Shown: positions 1-13,146, counted from the first letter of the whole stretch. The stretch is DNA of 62,882 nt, filler included, from Chiloscyllium plagiosum (GCF_004010195.1; 4 parts of one record of this genome joined end to end with filler, not necessarily neighbours in it); one strand, 5' to 3'. Notes: a model not told the origin generated them from the letters alone. A program made the numbers and translations.

Positions 1-200
1 TATACCCATCCAAATGCCTTTGAAATGTTACAATTGTACTAGCCTCCACCACTTCTTTAGGCAGCTCATTCCATACATGCACCACCTTCTATATGAAAAC
101 GTAGCCCCTTAGGTATCTTTTATATCTTTCCATTTTCAACCTAAACCTATGCCCTCTAGTTCTGGACTCTCCGAGCCCAGGGAAAAGATTTTGTCTGTAT
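1..200 (-). mobile_element. CR1 LINE ORF2 3' fragment
   Basis: Minus-strand translation ...GESRTRGHRFRLKMERYKRYLRGYVF matches the CR1 ORF2 C-terminal RTRGH motif. Confidence 0.8.
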
Positions 201-599
201 ATCCAAGCACGTGAAATGCTGAGGCTGTGAGTGCTTCTGTTCAAATGCAAGGGTGGAAGGCATATTGGTCTCAATTTATTACATTATTAAGATTGAGCAG
301 CAGCATTAACCCGCACTGAGAATTGTCTCAGAGGAAGCGCGCTGGAGCCTTTAGTGAGACGTCGACGTATTAAAGGCATTCTAAGAGATTGTCCTTAACA
401 AAGCGATATTTTGTTGCTTTGACAGTAAGAACTGCTTTTGCTCACATCGTCTCCACATCAGTCTGTTGCTCCAGTAAACACTCCAATCCAGCGTACATTG
501 CTTCCATTCCAACACAGAAACGCGTCCTATTCTCTCTCCATCTGGGATAATCTGAATTGAGAACGTCATTCTTTGAATGGAGAAATGCAGCAGGGAGTT

Positions 600-915
600 G
601 TTCTTGCAGCGGCGTTCTATTGGGCGAGTAATTTTTGGAGACTGGAACGTGGCAGCAGCTGTTCGATGAATAAAATCTGGAAAACAAACCCAATCTCAGG
701 AACAGAGACAATAACTTTAAAAGCTGAAAACTCATTCGTTCATGTCCCTTCGAAAGGGGAATCTGCCGACCGTAACGAGTCCTGTCAACATGTGACTCCA
801 GACCCACGACAATGTGGTTCCCCCATGAATGCCCTCTGACTCAGTTCAAGATGAATTAAGAATGAACAAGAAATGGTCTTCAGACCAATGATAGCCACAT
901 TCCATGGGAGAATAA
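600..915 (+). mobile_element. Abundant SINE-like interspersed repeat, family unassigned; further copies at ~38600-38920, 49100-49210, 49430-49900(-), 54940-55080, 55650-55840, 57560-57770(-)
   Basis: Recurrent motif CATGTGACTCCAGACCCACAGCAATGTGG...CTCAGTTCAAG...GAATAAA seen in several copies in the window. Confidence 0.6.
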
Positions 916-1562
916 GGAATAATAAAAATACATGAACAACGGGGAAAATGGGAATCGTGTCTGTGTGGACTCGAATTTAACTGATATCCAAACTAAATAG
1001 ATACAAGGATACCCGCAGCGCCAAGAAGTCAGGTCTATGGGGTGACTGCAGGAAGGGATTCANNNNNNNNNNNNNNNNNNNNNNNNNNNNNNNNNNNNNN
1101 NNNNNNNNNNNNNNNNNNNNNNNNNNNNNNNNNNNNNNNNNNNNNNNNNNNNNNNNNNNNNNNNNNNNNNNNNNNNNNNNNNNNNNNNNNNNNNNNNNNN
1201 NNNNNNNNNNNNNNNNNNNNNNNNNNNNNNNNNNNNNNNNNNNNNNNNNNNNNNNNNNNNNNNNNNNNNNNNNNNNNNNNNNNNNNNNNNNNNNNNNNNN
1301 NNNNNNNNNNNNNNNNNNNNNNNNNNNNNNNNNNNNNNNNNNNNNNNNNNNNNNNNNNNNNNNNNNNNNNNNNNNNNNNNNNNNNNNNNNNNNNNNNNNN
1401 NNNNNNNNNNNNNNNNNNNNNNNNNNNNNNNNNNNNNNNNNNNNNNNNNNNNNNNNNNNNNNNNNNNNNNNNNNNNNNNNNNNNNNNNNNNNNNNNNNNN
1501 NNNNNNNNNNNNNNNNNNNNNNNNNNNNNNNNNNNNNNNNNNNNNNNNNNNNNNNNNNNNNN

Positions 1563-1988
1563 CATGGCAACAGGATGCCTGGAGGAAGAGCGCCTCACCT
1601 TCTGCCTAGGAACCCTCCAACCACAAGGGATGAATGCAGATTCCTCTAGCTTCCTCATTTCCCCTTCCCCCATCTTTTCTCAGTCCCAACCCTCAGACTC
1701 AGCACCTCCATCTTGACTTGCAATCTTCTTGCCGACCTCTCCGCCCCCACCCCTTCTCCGGCCTATCACCCTCACCTTAACCTCCTTCCAGCTATCGCAT
1801 TCCCAAACGCCCCTCCCCCAAGTCCCTCCTCCCTACCTTTTATCTTAGCCTGCTTAGCACACCCTCCTCATTCCTGAAGAAGGGCTTATGCCCGAAACGT
1901 CGTTTCTCCTGCTGCCTGACCTGCTGCGCTTTTCCAGCAACACATTTTTAAGCTCTGATCTCCAGCATCTGCAGTCCTCACTTTTTCC
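1563..1988 (+). mobile_element. Penelope-like element 3' end (GIY-YIG C-terminus plus pseudo-LTR)
   Basis: Translation LEEERLTFCLGTLQPQGMN is typical of the PLE endonuclease end; followed by a C-rich UTR and a pLTR ending CTCCAGCATCTGCAGTCCTCACT. Confidence 0.8.
1869..1906 (+). ncRNA. Minimal type I hammerhead ribozyme motif in PLE pseudo-LTR
   Basis: CTGAAGA (1874-1880), hairpin GGGC-TTAT-GCCC, GAAAC, then GTC triplet; stem I partly mismatched. Confidence 0.7.
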
Positions 1989-2404
1989 ACCGCCACTTCC
2001 AGTTTGGTATTCGCGGCTGTACCACAAAGTTTGTCTGATTCTGCTTCCAGGAACTGGAGTGATGTGCCTGAGTGCAGCAATGTGTACTTCCTTGTGTGGG
2101 GAAGAAACTGTTATTAACACATTGTTAATAACACATTGTTATTGAAACATACATTGCACCAATATCCCGCACCATCCCCGAACCTTTTTTTTCTAGAAAT
2201 CTATCAAACTCATTCTTCAACATGCAGTATTCGATGGAACCACCACAGCGTCTGGTGATATCGAATTTAAAGATTCAGCTAATTCTGAATTCACACATGT
2301 CTGCAGTCGCTCACGTAATATTCCTGCTGTGTATCTGCTTCTCTTCCTAACGCATCCTCTGTCATTGTAATTACTGCTGTTTTTAAACGCGGGTATTTGC
2401 ATGA

Positions 2405-2477
2405 CTCAGTGTGGTTTGAATGTTAAAATATTCTGCATTGTGGCCACAGTAAGATCGTTCGAATCCGAGTCACTGCA
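2405..2477 (+). pseudogene. tRNA-His(GTG) pseudogene
   Basis: CTGCATTGTGGCCACAG anticodon arm and GTTCGAATCCGAGTCACTGCA 3' end match vertebrate tRNA-His; 5' half degraded. Confidence 0.8.
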
Positions 2478-3019
2478 TTTCACTCCTTGTGATTAATGCT
2501 GAAGAAACACAGAAAGGAATCAGTTGATTTTACATGAAGGCATTCTCTGAGATTTTGTCTCATCTCTGCGAGTCATATATCAGGATCCAGACTCACCATT
2601 CTCGGAGAATTCCCTACCTCCCGCAATCAGTTACCTCCTTTTAGTTCCCCGTCCCATTTCCCTTACAATCACTTTCACATTCACCTCCTTCAGTCTGTGT
2701 TGCTGTGCTCACTGTTACAAGGTGACTATGCCCAAATCTTACCATCGGGACGTTCAAACGAATTGATCCATTTCGATACCGCAGTTGTGAGCTCAATCCA
2801 CAGGGCGCAGCTTTTACTGACATGGACCAGCGATTACTGAAACATCAGGCTCAGGAAAAGTGCACAGGAAAACATTGAGGAAAATAAACTTTATTCAAAA
2901 AACACCAGTTTCTGTCGACTTTCGCATCATTTATTTCACTTGTTCATTCGGCTCTAGCGAGACTATTGTGTGTAGTTATGCAGGGGAGATTTGCCAGGAT
3001 ATTGTCTGGCTGAAGAAGA

Positions 3020-3350
3020 GAGATTGGACAAACTGGAGTTGTTTTTCTTAGAGCAGAGGAGATTGAGAGGGGCATGATTAAGATGTACAAAAGTACTGAG
3101 GGATATGAATAGCGTAGACTGAAATACATGTTGCGCTTTGATGGAGATTTCAATCACGGGAGGCCATCGACTTAAGGTCAGAAGCGGAAAGATTAGAGTG
3201 AACGCGTGGAAAAACGTTTTCAAACAGTGGGTGGTTGAAATGGGGAACACAGTGTATGCAAGGGTCGGAGAGGCAGCAATCCACATAACTTTTTGAAGTA
3301 TTCAAATGTGAATTTGTGATGTCAAGACATACAAGAATGTGAGTCAAATG
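3020..3350 (+). mobile_element. Old CR1 LINE 3' fragment (paralog at ~35830-36130, minus strand)
   Basis: CR1-like GAGCAGAGGAGATTGAGAGGGGGCATGAT...GGCCATCGACTTAAGG. Confidence 0.6.
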
Positions 3351-3639
3351 ATTTGAAAAGGAGTTAGCAATTGTTATTGAGCAATACAGATACTCCGTTC
3401 CAAGTACGGATTATTGATACCTGTCCTTCCATTCTCGAAGGGACATGTCACAGGAAGAACTGTGCTGTCTGAATCACCCGGGGAGACAGGATGACAGTGA
3501 CAGTGCAAACACGTAACTTCTCAAGCTGCACCTGGTGCAGTTGTTGAAATGAAAATCATTTGATACTTTTGCTCCGTAGTGAGGTGTTTACTTATAGCAG
3601 GTAGCTCAGGAAGATATACATTCTACTGCCCTTTCCCCA

Positions 3640-4130
3640 CTGGCCCACACCACTGAATACCGGCACTATGCAGGACAATTGCTCTCTGGACACCATCGTC
3701 CAATCCTCCTTGATCCCCAGCACTTCCCCACTTGGCACCAATACACGAAATCCCAGAAGGTGTAATGCTGCTCGTTTATGATGTCTCCCCTCACTGTGTA
3801 AGGTTCCACTGATTTATCTGCCCATCACTCAATTTAGCAAACTGCATTTCCTGCTCAGAATGTGGTCTCATCGAGACTGTGGAGAGAAAAACAAAGCGGG
3901 TGACAAACATGAGTACACCTACGTTCTGTCGGCAAGCAAACTAAGACCCTGAGCTTCCAGGTTCCTGTCACTGCAACATCCCACTGTGTTCCCATGCCTC
4001 CATGTCAGTTTGGTGTGCTGCAGAGCTCCCGCAGAGCACAGCGCGAGTTGGAAGAGCAGCACGTCATTTCCTACTGAGAGACCGTGCAATCTTCAGTCCC
4101 CAACATTGAGTTCAATAATTTTAGACTCTG
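3640..4130 (+). mobile_element. Degenerate Penelope-like GIY-YIG fragment
   Basis: Remnants CISCSECGL and LEEQHVI; similar to 25990-26290. Confidence 0.6.
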
Positions 4131-4560
4131 CTCCACCTACACATACCATTCGTTCCAAAGGCGGATCGTTTCGCTCGAATATCTCTCCTCAGATCCACTG
4201 GACCTGTTGATTTTGTTCAGATATTTCTGCTTTTCTTTGGATAATTTCGTTCTGTTCTGATCGCCAGCCTTCAGGAAACGTGTGATTGCACGGGAACGTG
4301 GTCAGAGGAGATTTACCAAGGTGGTGTCTGACCATTCCCATTCCCCCTGCNNNNNNNNNNNNNNNNNNNNNNNNNNNNNNNNNNNNNNNNNNNNNNNNNN
4401 NNNNNNNNNNNNNNNNNNNNNNNNNNNNNNNNNNNNNNNNNNNNNNNNNNNNNNNNNNNNNNNNNNNNNNNNNNNNNNNNNNNNNNNNNNNNNNNNNNNN
4501 NNNNNNNNNNNNNNNNNNNNNNNNNNNNNNNNNNNNNNNNNNNNNNNNNNNNNNNNNNNN

Positions 4561-4685
4561 CCTCCCTCAAACCCCACACAAAAGTCTCATTCCTGACGAA
4601 TGACTTATGCCCGAAACATCGATTCTCCAGCTCCTCGGATGCTGCCTGACCGGCTGTGCTTTTTTAAAAGCACTACACTCTCGTC
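4561..4685 (+). mobile_element. PLE pseudo-LTR with degenerate hammerhead motif
   Basis: CATTCCTGACGAATGACTTATGCCCGAAACATCG...GCTGCCTGACCGGCTGTGC is homologous to 1868-1950. Confidence 0.7.
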
Positions 4686-5099
4686 ACTGCAAAGATAGAT
4701 GAGTTCGATTGGGGCTCTTAATCTGAGACCGGAGAAATCTGAGAGAGGAATTGATTAACGTGCACAGAAAGGGAATAGGAACGTGTGGCAGGAATAAAAT
4801 TCAAATGGGAAAGGTTAATAACCAGGGATATAGATGAAACGCTAGAGAGAGGATGTTCAGAGAAGATTTAGGGAGAAAGTTTGCATCCTGAGAGTGTTGT
4901 TTATCCGGAACTCACTGTGTGAACGTATGGTAAATCTAAGAGTCCTCAGAACACTTCAGGAATATTTAGCCGAACACTTGAGGAGCTAGAGCATGTACGG
5001 ATAAGGACCAGGTACTGGAAAGTGGGACGAGGATAAATAGATGTTTGATGAAAGACTTGAACACCGTAACGTTGGGTGCAGTAAAATGTAGGCTAGCTC

Positions 5100-5191
5100 A
5101 CCTCTGTGGCACAATGAAAGTCGTGTTGGACTTCTACTGCATTGTTAAGATTGTGATTCTAAGTTTGTGGGTTTGAGTCCCACCAGAATCG
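5100..5191 (+). tRNA. tRNA-Arg(TCT), intron-containing, probable pseudogene
   Basis: CTCTGTGGCACAATG...TTGGACTTCTA, ~19-nt intron, ATTCTAAGTTTGTGGGTTTGAGTCCCACCAGAATCG; matches Arg-TCT with several substitutions (TTCG>TTTG). Confidence 0.8.
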
Positions 5192-6365
5192 GAGTTTAGT
5201 TCAGATTTCAGCTGAATCAATGATTGTTCTGCTGACTCATCATCAGTTTCCATCGTCTGGGGTTCTCGTCCCCGCTACTGACCAGAGAAGATTCCTCGCC
5301 TTCTTAGTGGTGAGTTTTGAGGGAATCGCATCATTTGAAACATGATCAGTCCAGAATACGCTGCTCATTCACAAAACCAACTGCTGAAGCCCACTGTCTT
5401 GAAACACATTTCCCTCCCACGGTTGCACAGAGTTTTTCGGTTTATTCAGTGTCTTTTTCCTTTTGGACGACAGGTTGATGTGGATTGGCTGGGAAAAGAC
5501 ATTGACGTGTTCGGTCAGCCATAATGATATCAAATGGCGGGATAGCGCTTGCGCGTGAAATGGCCCCCTCCTATTCCTCTCTGTGCTGTTTCTGACAGAG
5601 GGTTTTAAACAATAACATGATGAGGACCCTGTGAATCGACAACACGGTATCTCAAGGTCCTCCCCTTTATCCCACTGCTCTCACAGCTGGAATACAAAGC
5701 TCCTGTGGAGGATTCTCCCAGGCGCTCTGTCAACCTGCATGTTCCTTCACACAGGTTTCCAACTGGACACATAGAGCGAACGGCTGTGTGGATATTGGGG
5801 ATTCAGGGGCAGATTTCCCCTTTGCCTGGCTAGAGTTCTGGCCACAGTGATAATCATGAATTTCGGGCATTCTAGATCTTACTCTGGATTTTTATCACTT
5901 TACAATTTAAACTGAAATTCAATTTACTCTTGCATAACATTCTGATATCTTCAGTATTCATGAAAACTGTACAACATGTCCTTGGATGTAACCATGTTGA
6001 ATATTGATGATGAGTGCAGTATATTTCTTGTTGTCTGTAGGAACATGCAGAAGGAAGATAGTGAAGTTTCGTTGAATCGAATTCTGTGCCAAATTGAAGC
6101 AGACCGAATGAGAAGTCCTGTGACAGCGATAATATAACATTGTCTGTAAACAACGCAGCGACCCACAGAAACCCAGTTTTCAATCAAGTCTATTTTGCAC
6201 AACGTTTTTCTATGTCCCATTTCCTGAACCTGATGCTCGAAAAGTCACAGGTCCATATCAGTTCCTCCTCCTCTGCCTTAGCTATAATTTCAGAACCACA
6301 GCAAAAGTAGAACAGGCGGGTCGAAGGTCCCAGAAGTAGGGCACGTTATCGGCTTGTTGCCGGCG

Positions 6366-6450
6366 GCTCCAGTGGAGCAACTGATCAGCGCTTGGTCCTG
6401 AACAGCGTGTAAAAACACCGCAGCTGTAATTCCAATCGTTATCTAAAGCT
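6366..6450 (+). pseudogene. tRNA-Ile(TAT)-derived intron-containing pseudogene
   Basis: GCTCCAGTGGAGCAACTGATCAGCGC matches the Ile-TAT 5' half; weak 3' half; clearer paralog at 32412-32495. Confidence 0.6.
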
Positions 6451-8244
6451 GCTTTTACTGACGTTAATCAAGAATTATTGCAGCATCAGACTGAAGCATA
6501 GTTGAAGAATAATGTCGAATAAAGCAGCATCTATTCTAAAACTCCAGTTTCTGATTTGGGAAAGGTATCAATTGTTAACCATAAAACTGCACATATTCCC
6601 CAAGTAATTATCCATCTGTGGATCGAGAAACAGAGATGATATTTTAGCTTGATTACCTTTTTCAAATCTCTAACACTGCATTGGATTACATTCTTGAAAA
6701 GGCTGTTAAACTCGTTTCATATAATCCTGTTTGCTGTAAACTCACACAGCTCATTCAACCGTTCGAAAGGAATTAGATTTATTTCTTTGGGTAGATTGAA
6801 TGTTGTCACCGAATCTGGTAAAGTCATGACAAATAGTTTTGATGCTGTGTGGAACAAAGGGTTCAAACAGGAATAAGGATGAGTCTTGTCGCTGGATTTT
6901 TCGGACGGAGATGAGTGAGTATTAAAAGGAATCAGTCCCGTTCCTGGTCATTGTGACCAAATGTTCAAGGCAACAGATGGCAATGATAATGCTGCTTGAC
7001 ATCGACAGGTCCATTCCTACTCACTAGAATCACATTGTATTACAGATCACGTGAGCGGAGGAGATGATGATCCTTATGGTAACCTGAGACAGTGCGACAA
7101 TTAATCCCACGTTGTTAGTCTCACTCTGTACCATAAACCAGTTAGCCAGCGGACTGAGCTAAGGCATCCATTTAATGAAAAGCTAAAACAAGAGCTCAGT
7201 ACATTAACAGTCTGAAGTAGTTCACGTCGAACCAGCTGCTACACCTTTCAACCCCACCAGATCTTCTTACACTTAACATGTTCAGTTGCAGGTATTTAGC
7301 AATTTCTTTCCAATGAACGTTGAACAATTTGTGAGTGCATCCATTTTGCCTCCCCATTCAGGCAGTTCAGAATCCCTGTCCCTGTTAAATTCGCTCCTTG
7401 TGTGTCTGCACGTGGCCTTTCAAATATGCTGGAATCATCTTCTAACATGTTTTCTTTTGCTGAAAAATCATGTCCGATTTCAATAACTCTCAGAATAAAA
7501 AGTACCTGCTGTAAACTTCTTTGTCGTTCCTCACTGATATTGAAACTCTAACCTTTAGTTATACATTCACCTGAACGAGGGAATTTTCCTCCTATTTATC
7601 ATTTCCAACCTCACATCAGCTGGAAAAGCTCCATTAGGACACAAATCAGCCATTCCTGATTTGTGTCGCGTGATTCTTCGTCTATTCCACCATCCAATTA
7701 AATCCCTTCTTTTCTTTTCTCGTGACTTTATATCCCAGTAAACCTCATTTCCGTCATCTCGAACGATTTTGTATCAAGGGAACTCTGGCCATTCCTTCCT
7801 AACTATATTCCACACTCCAACCCCCGTCTATTTCATCATATCTTTATATCCCAGTAAATTCCGTCCTGAGAAATGATGCTGGGTCTAATTCAACTCATTA
7901 AAACTTACCACTATGCTATGCAGACTCATTACTGGCACAGGAAAGGTGTGGGTTATTTTACTTACAGCTGAATCGGTTGGCTGCAGCAACATTGGGTCAA
8001 ATCGCAGTCACACACTGTTGTTCTAATTTTTATTTCTTCTCAACGTGTGTTGAAGTAACACAGTGATGAATCAATTAATATTGTAAGACATACATAACTG
8101 GGTGTGTGTACTTTTAATGGCGCTGAAATGTCTGGCCAGCGCAAGGAGTCCAGAACAAGGTAACAACATAACATTAGGTCGAAACAACTAAAAGCTGTGT
8201 TACATGGATACAAAAAACAAATGCGAATTCGGCCAATCAGTTTC

Positions 8245-8795
8245 AATTATGACCCAATCAAGTTTGAATGTGGTATTTTTACAATGTTAAAACCAATGAA
8301 ACGATCCGACGTTTTGTCAAATAAATATAGGACATTTTGAATAGTTCCCAGAGCGGCAAAGAACAGCAAATAGAGCAGACAAAAGACCAACTAATGGAGG
8401 ATGTTAGTAAAATCTCCAAGAGGTGCCTATCTGCAGAAATAGATTGCATACAAAAGAAGCATCAACACCGACCTGGAGAAAAAATCTACAGAGAAAGATA
8501 CGAAGAGAAGATTCGACAACAAGCTGGTTTGTAAATTGATTTATTTTGTAAATGTTAATGGGGTCGGGGTTGGGGAAGGTATTGTGAAACACAAGGTTTA
8601 GAGAAATGAGTTATAAGTAGTTATAAGTTGATTATTCTCTGTCAAATGTTAAAAAAAAGTTGTTATTTTTAACTTTAAATAGTGATTTTTGGAGTAGTTC
8701 TTTGCCTCTTGAATTTTAACAGGATTCACCCCGTACTGTATTCTTTCCGTTTTGTCGGTTTACATTTGCAGAGGGGTTTACCCCGTCACGTAACA
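8245..8795 (+). mobile_element. Probable solo LTR
   Basis: Ends in CGTAACA; start resembles (TG)TTATGAC; possible near-TSD TCAAT/CCAAT; boundaries uncertain. Confidence 0.4.
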
Positions 8796-9155
8796 CCAAT
8801 TTCCTTGGTTGCTTTGTTGTTTCACACATTTGTGAATTTTGCCGCATTAACGATTTTGAAGTTGTCCCCTCTACAGAAAAGGTCCGTGCTTTTGCACCAT
8901 TGTACAAAAGGTGCAGTGTGTCTAAGCGACAGGGCTCCGTACAATGACATCCGACGCTGTTTCAATCTATCTATCCTGATATCGACCCATGGAAACAGCA
9001 CTGTGCAGTCTCCTCCATTCTGGAAAACAATCCCTTCACAGATAATGTTACATCCCGCTCTCAAGCGGCTTTTCATTCCATCGCTTTCAATTCCTCACAG
9101 AATCCGTTTCAACAGAATTTGTCACTGAGTCATTTGTTTGTGTTCAAATCCTGTG

Positions 9156-9216
9156 AGCAGAGGGTCACAGTTGGAGAGTGCTGAGCCATAACCCAGAGGA
9201 CTAACCATACTCAGTG
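9156..9216 (+). pseudogene. tRNA-iMet pseudogene with internal deletion
   Basis: AGCAGAG...GTGCTGAGCCATAACCCAGAGG matches initiator Met; about 9 nt missing in the T arm. Confidence 0.65.
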
Positions 9217-9923
9217 AAATGATGAACAGCAGAGTACAGTTCACAAACAGCAGGTAGATGTGTCTATGCTCTGCAAAGCTTCACGCCTGTTTTAAGAAGC
9301 AAGATAAACATTTCCTGGTACCTGCTCTTGTTGTCACACAGACAACAACAACAGCACTAGTCGAGATTGTCTGCACTCCGACATCCGTTTTCTTCCCAGG
9401 GGTGTAAAGATGATGGTCTGAAACGATTTCTTCTGTTCCCTGTCACTCTGGGATGATGTGAGCTGTGAAATTTATTCTCTGAGCTTGGGGTAACGTGATA
9501 AAGCTTATACATATCAGGTGCAGTGCGCCTGAGCGACAGGATATGCTGCAGTAACATCCCATGCTGATTCAGACAGCAGACCCCTTGCTGAAACTTCGAG
9601 GAGGACACAGACACAGTTCCCGATGACTGGGAGAGACTCTCTCTTTCCCTGCAGTTCTGCTTCAGAATGTTCTGTTTCAGATGGCGTTATTTGCACAAGG
9701 TTCCCAAAAGAAGATGGGTTCCTGTGCATGTGCAATCTCCCTTTTGTACAGCTTTCCAGAATTTGCATAACTCCCACTCCCTCTCGCCGCCTCCCCGATC
9801 CCCAAACGCGTGTTTCATATGGAGCTAAAGAGCGCGTTCACGTTTCTCTCCCACGACACTGATTGCCATGCCACACGCCAGACGAAAAGCTGAAGACTGC
9901 GGGAAACTGCTGTGGTCAGCGCT

Positions 9924-9995
9924 AACAGAGCAGCCCAGCGGGAGCGTATTGGGCTCATAACCCCGAAATTAATGGATTGAAAACATCCTTTGCTC
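9924..9995 (+). tRNA. tRNA-iMet(CAT), degenerate pseudogene
   Basis: Gapless 72-nt alignment to vertebrate iMet: AACAGAGCAGCCCAGCGGGAGCGTATTGGGCTCATAACCCC...GGATTGAAAACATCCTTTGCTC. Confidence 0.8.
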
Positions 9996-12015
9996 GTTGA
10001 CAATTCCAGGTTTCAGTGTTTGTACTGTCTCCGCTTGTGTTCCTATATAACATAGCTCCATTCTACGTATTGCATGTTGTTTCACTTTCCGCTTCCTTTC
10101 ACTCAATGTATCTGAAATGAATATTTCGTACTGATACACCCGCCAAATTTACACAGGTGAGGAAACACACTTGTGAAGGTCTGGAAGCTCTTTTCCTGTT
10201 CTCTGTCGGTCTGCTCTGATCTGATTCGCAAATTCATTTGCCAGAGCTGGGAATAAATTGGTGAAGGTGAGCGATATCAGTTGTAGAGTGCTCTATGCGC
10301 ATGACGCCCTGCAGTTATTCCTTACGCTGGTTCGAACAGCTGTGTCCTCCCCGTGAAATGTAAAGCCGTGAGTGACAATTGGATCAACTTGTTGGAGACA
10401 GCATTATGACACTAACACAGTTCCGCATTATTAGGGCATAGATCGCCAATTATGAATAACCACAGACACAGACCATATACAAGCTACAGAGAGTCGTCCA
10501 GGACTCGATGGGTTGAACAGCTTCTGTCGGCGCGTGAGTGACGCCACACGTTGATGCTGCCCCTCCTCCTATCCCTGGGACAGAGTGGCTGATGGTGAAA
10601 CAATGTTTCATTTTAACCCTCCCTTCCGTCTGCAGCCCCGCAGCTCAGGGCCGTGGGGATGACTCTCAGTGACTGAGGGTATAATTCGCATTCTCTTCAT
10701 CTGGGACTGGTGTTAACTGCTGCCCGATTGCAGCATAGAAACCGATGTCACTGTTACAAAGCCTTCCTGCAGGATTGCTGTGAAGATGGATTCTGAACAG
10801 CAAACAGGCTGCACAAAAATGCCCTCACATGAATTTACCTAGGGTAGAGAATCCGGAGTACATTCTGTCTTTCCTAACAGACAACTCTCAGATAAATGAC
10901 ATTTGCAGGAAGTTCCCAAACAAACTTGCTGATTTCCAGCACTTGATGGAATTGGTTGTGCCGATCAGAGCAAGCTTGAGAGCACATCCACGCTTGCCTC
11001 CCTTCACACTGCCTGCCATTGGAGGGAAATAGCTGAATACTCTGCCGATGGAGTCCAAGCGGAAGAGATAAACAGCACTGTCCCGTGAACAAGGAGACGG
11101 AATAAGAAGGCAATATTCTTGAAACTCTTTGGAGCTTAGAAATCCGAGAGCAAAGTGTAATGTAATTAGATCTGAGCGACTTTGAGCTGGTTTGGTGTTG
11201 GAAACGTAAGAATGTCTCTTGTCTAGGGGCATGATCGTCGCTTAGTAGATTGGGTTAATACTGGCATGTGAGAATTTCTTCCTTCAGGTCGCCATCGAGT
11301 CTTGGTTGCTTGATTTCACTTTGCTCGGTCGCCCTATCAACTGTTTGATAAAACCAAGGTGTAAATCATGAAGTTGCACCCCTTGAAATAACGTTGAGTT
11401 CAGGGGTAATAAGTATCATGGTNNNNNNNNNNNNNNNNNNNNNNNNNNNNNNNNNNNNNNNNNNNNNNNNNNNNNNNNNNNNNNNNNNNNNNNNNNNNNN
11501 NNNNNNNNNNNNNNNNNNNNNNNNNNNNNNNNNNNNNNNNNNNNNNNNNNNNNNNNNNNNNNNNNNNNNNNNNNNNNNNNNNNNNNNNNNNNNNNNNNNN
11601 NNNNNNNNNNNNNNNNNNNNNNNNNNNNNNNNNNNNNNNNNNNNNNNNNNNNNNNNNNNNNNNNNNNNNNNNNNNNNNNNNNNNNNNNNNGTTTATGTTG
11701 AAAGTAAAAGTGTGGAGAATTACAGGGAGAAGGCAAGAGAATGATACCAAAAGAGAAACACATTTATCTCTTGGAGAGCCAGCACAGCTAAGGTTAATGG
11801 TGACACATTTGTGATTCTGAGTGGAATCATAGTTCGACCAACAGAATGTAGGGAGTTAAACAACGGTGATATTGGCAAAGCCGGGACACATCTACACAAC
11901 AGAATCTTAGCCAGCACGTACATGTCACAGGGAGGATGGCGCTGCCTGATAATCCTGCAGGGTGTCCTGCGGATCAGACACAGCACCCTTCATTACTCAG
12001 AGAAGGTCATGGTTC

Positions 12016-12097
12016 TGTAGCGTGGCCAAGCAGCTGAAGCAGCAGGATTCAGGTTCCAATTTGGCAGGTGGCGGAGGTTTGAATTCCACTGCTACAA
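12016..12097 (+). pseudogene. tRNA-Leu pseudogene (AAG/TAG-type body, CAG anticodon)
   Basis: TGTAGCGTGGCCAAGCAG...CAGGATTCAGGTTCCA...GGTTTGAATTCCACTGCTACA; downstream flank homologous to the 14791 and 17110 flanks. Confidence 0.7.
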
Positions 12098-13146
12098 TGT
12101 CGTCGCATCAGCTGCAGCGTGTTAAAGTGCCGTTTTCAAAGGACAACTGCGGGTCTGTCTCTTGGAGAGTACACTTCAGTGTGGGAGAGTGCAGATTTTC
12201 TCCAAAGGGTCAGTGTCCGTGCTGTCATGACGTGTTCGCCTTCCACACAGGAAATCGCGGGCTCAATCAACTCTCCTGCTGCTGTTTTGTTCCAGGCAAG
12301 TTGAGTTTTCACTGGAACCGAATGGAGACTGTTGTTTCATTGCTGTTGTGAAACAAAGTCCTGCGGTGACTCTCATCGTCGTTATTTGGTTTTCTGGCGC
12401 AAGGGAAAATTATTCCAATGAATTGCGATGTCATATGTTCTTAAATTTCTTCTATTTCCTTCTTTTCTGTCCTGGAGACATCGGAAGGGAAAGCTAATCT
12501 AATCGAGAATGTGATTGATGAAATTGACTTTCTGTGGCCCATTCTTATTATGTTCTTTCTTTCTCTCTTTTCAGCACTTTCTGGGAAGTGGTAGTGCACT
12601 AAGCTCCTGTATGCTTGAAAGAATAATTTGGAATTGCCCTGCTGTTAGTTGTGACATTAGTTTATGGCTCATGCCCACGGACTGTCTCAAATTCTGCATT
12701 CATGCTTCGCTGTGTCTGAAAATGCATTTGGTTTGTCATTTTTGTTTGTGTTCCGTGTTAAATCGTGACTGTTTTGCCATTCGCTCAATACATTTCGAGA
12801 TAACACAGTTTGTGAGATAATTTCCAGCAGCAAAAATCCTCAACTGAGGATCCGGGAATATTTCACGAAGTATGGTCAGTCGGGACAAAAGTAAGGAAGT
12901 CTTTCAGTTCTGCAGGTTTTCACAATGCTACCTTTCCGTTGAACAGTCGAATAGACTTAACTATTGCACCACAACGAGCGATGGCAAGCCCCGCTAATAG
13001 TAATCCTTTAAAGGGGGTGTAAGCAACACAACGTTATTGAAGTACACAGCATGGCAACAGAGTCTTCGATGTATCTCGTCCATGCTGACCACATCGCCAA
13101 ATTTAAACAAGTGCCATTTCCCAGCATTTTGCTTCCAGTGCAGATT

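Noticed and set aside
977..1716. Long ORFs in the supplied track spanning N runs (also at 11.4, 15.4-16.6, 29.8-31.0 and 34.4-35.2 kb)
   Set aside because: Artefacts of translating assembly gaps as X
2770..2810. Possible Ile-TAT 3' half (ATACCGCAGTTGTGAGCTCAATCC)
   Set aside because: No recognisable 5' half; too short to support
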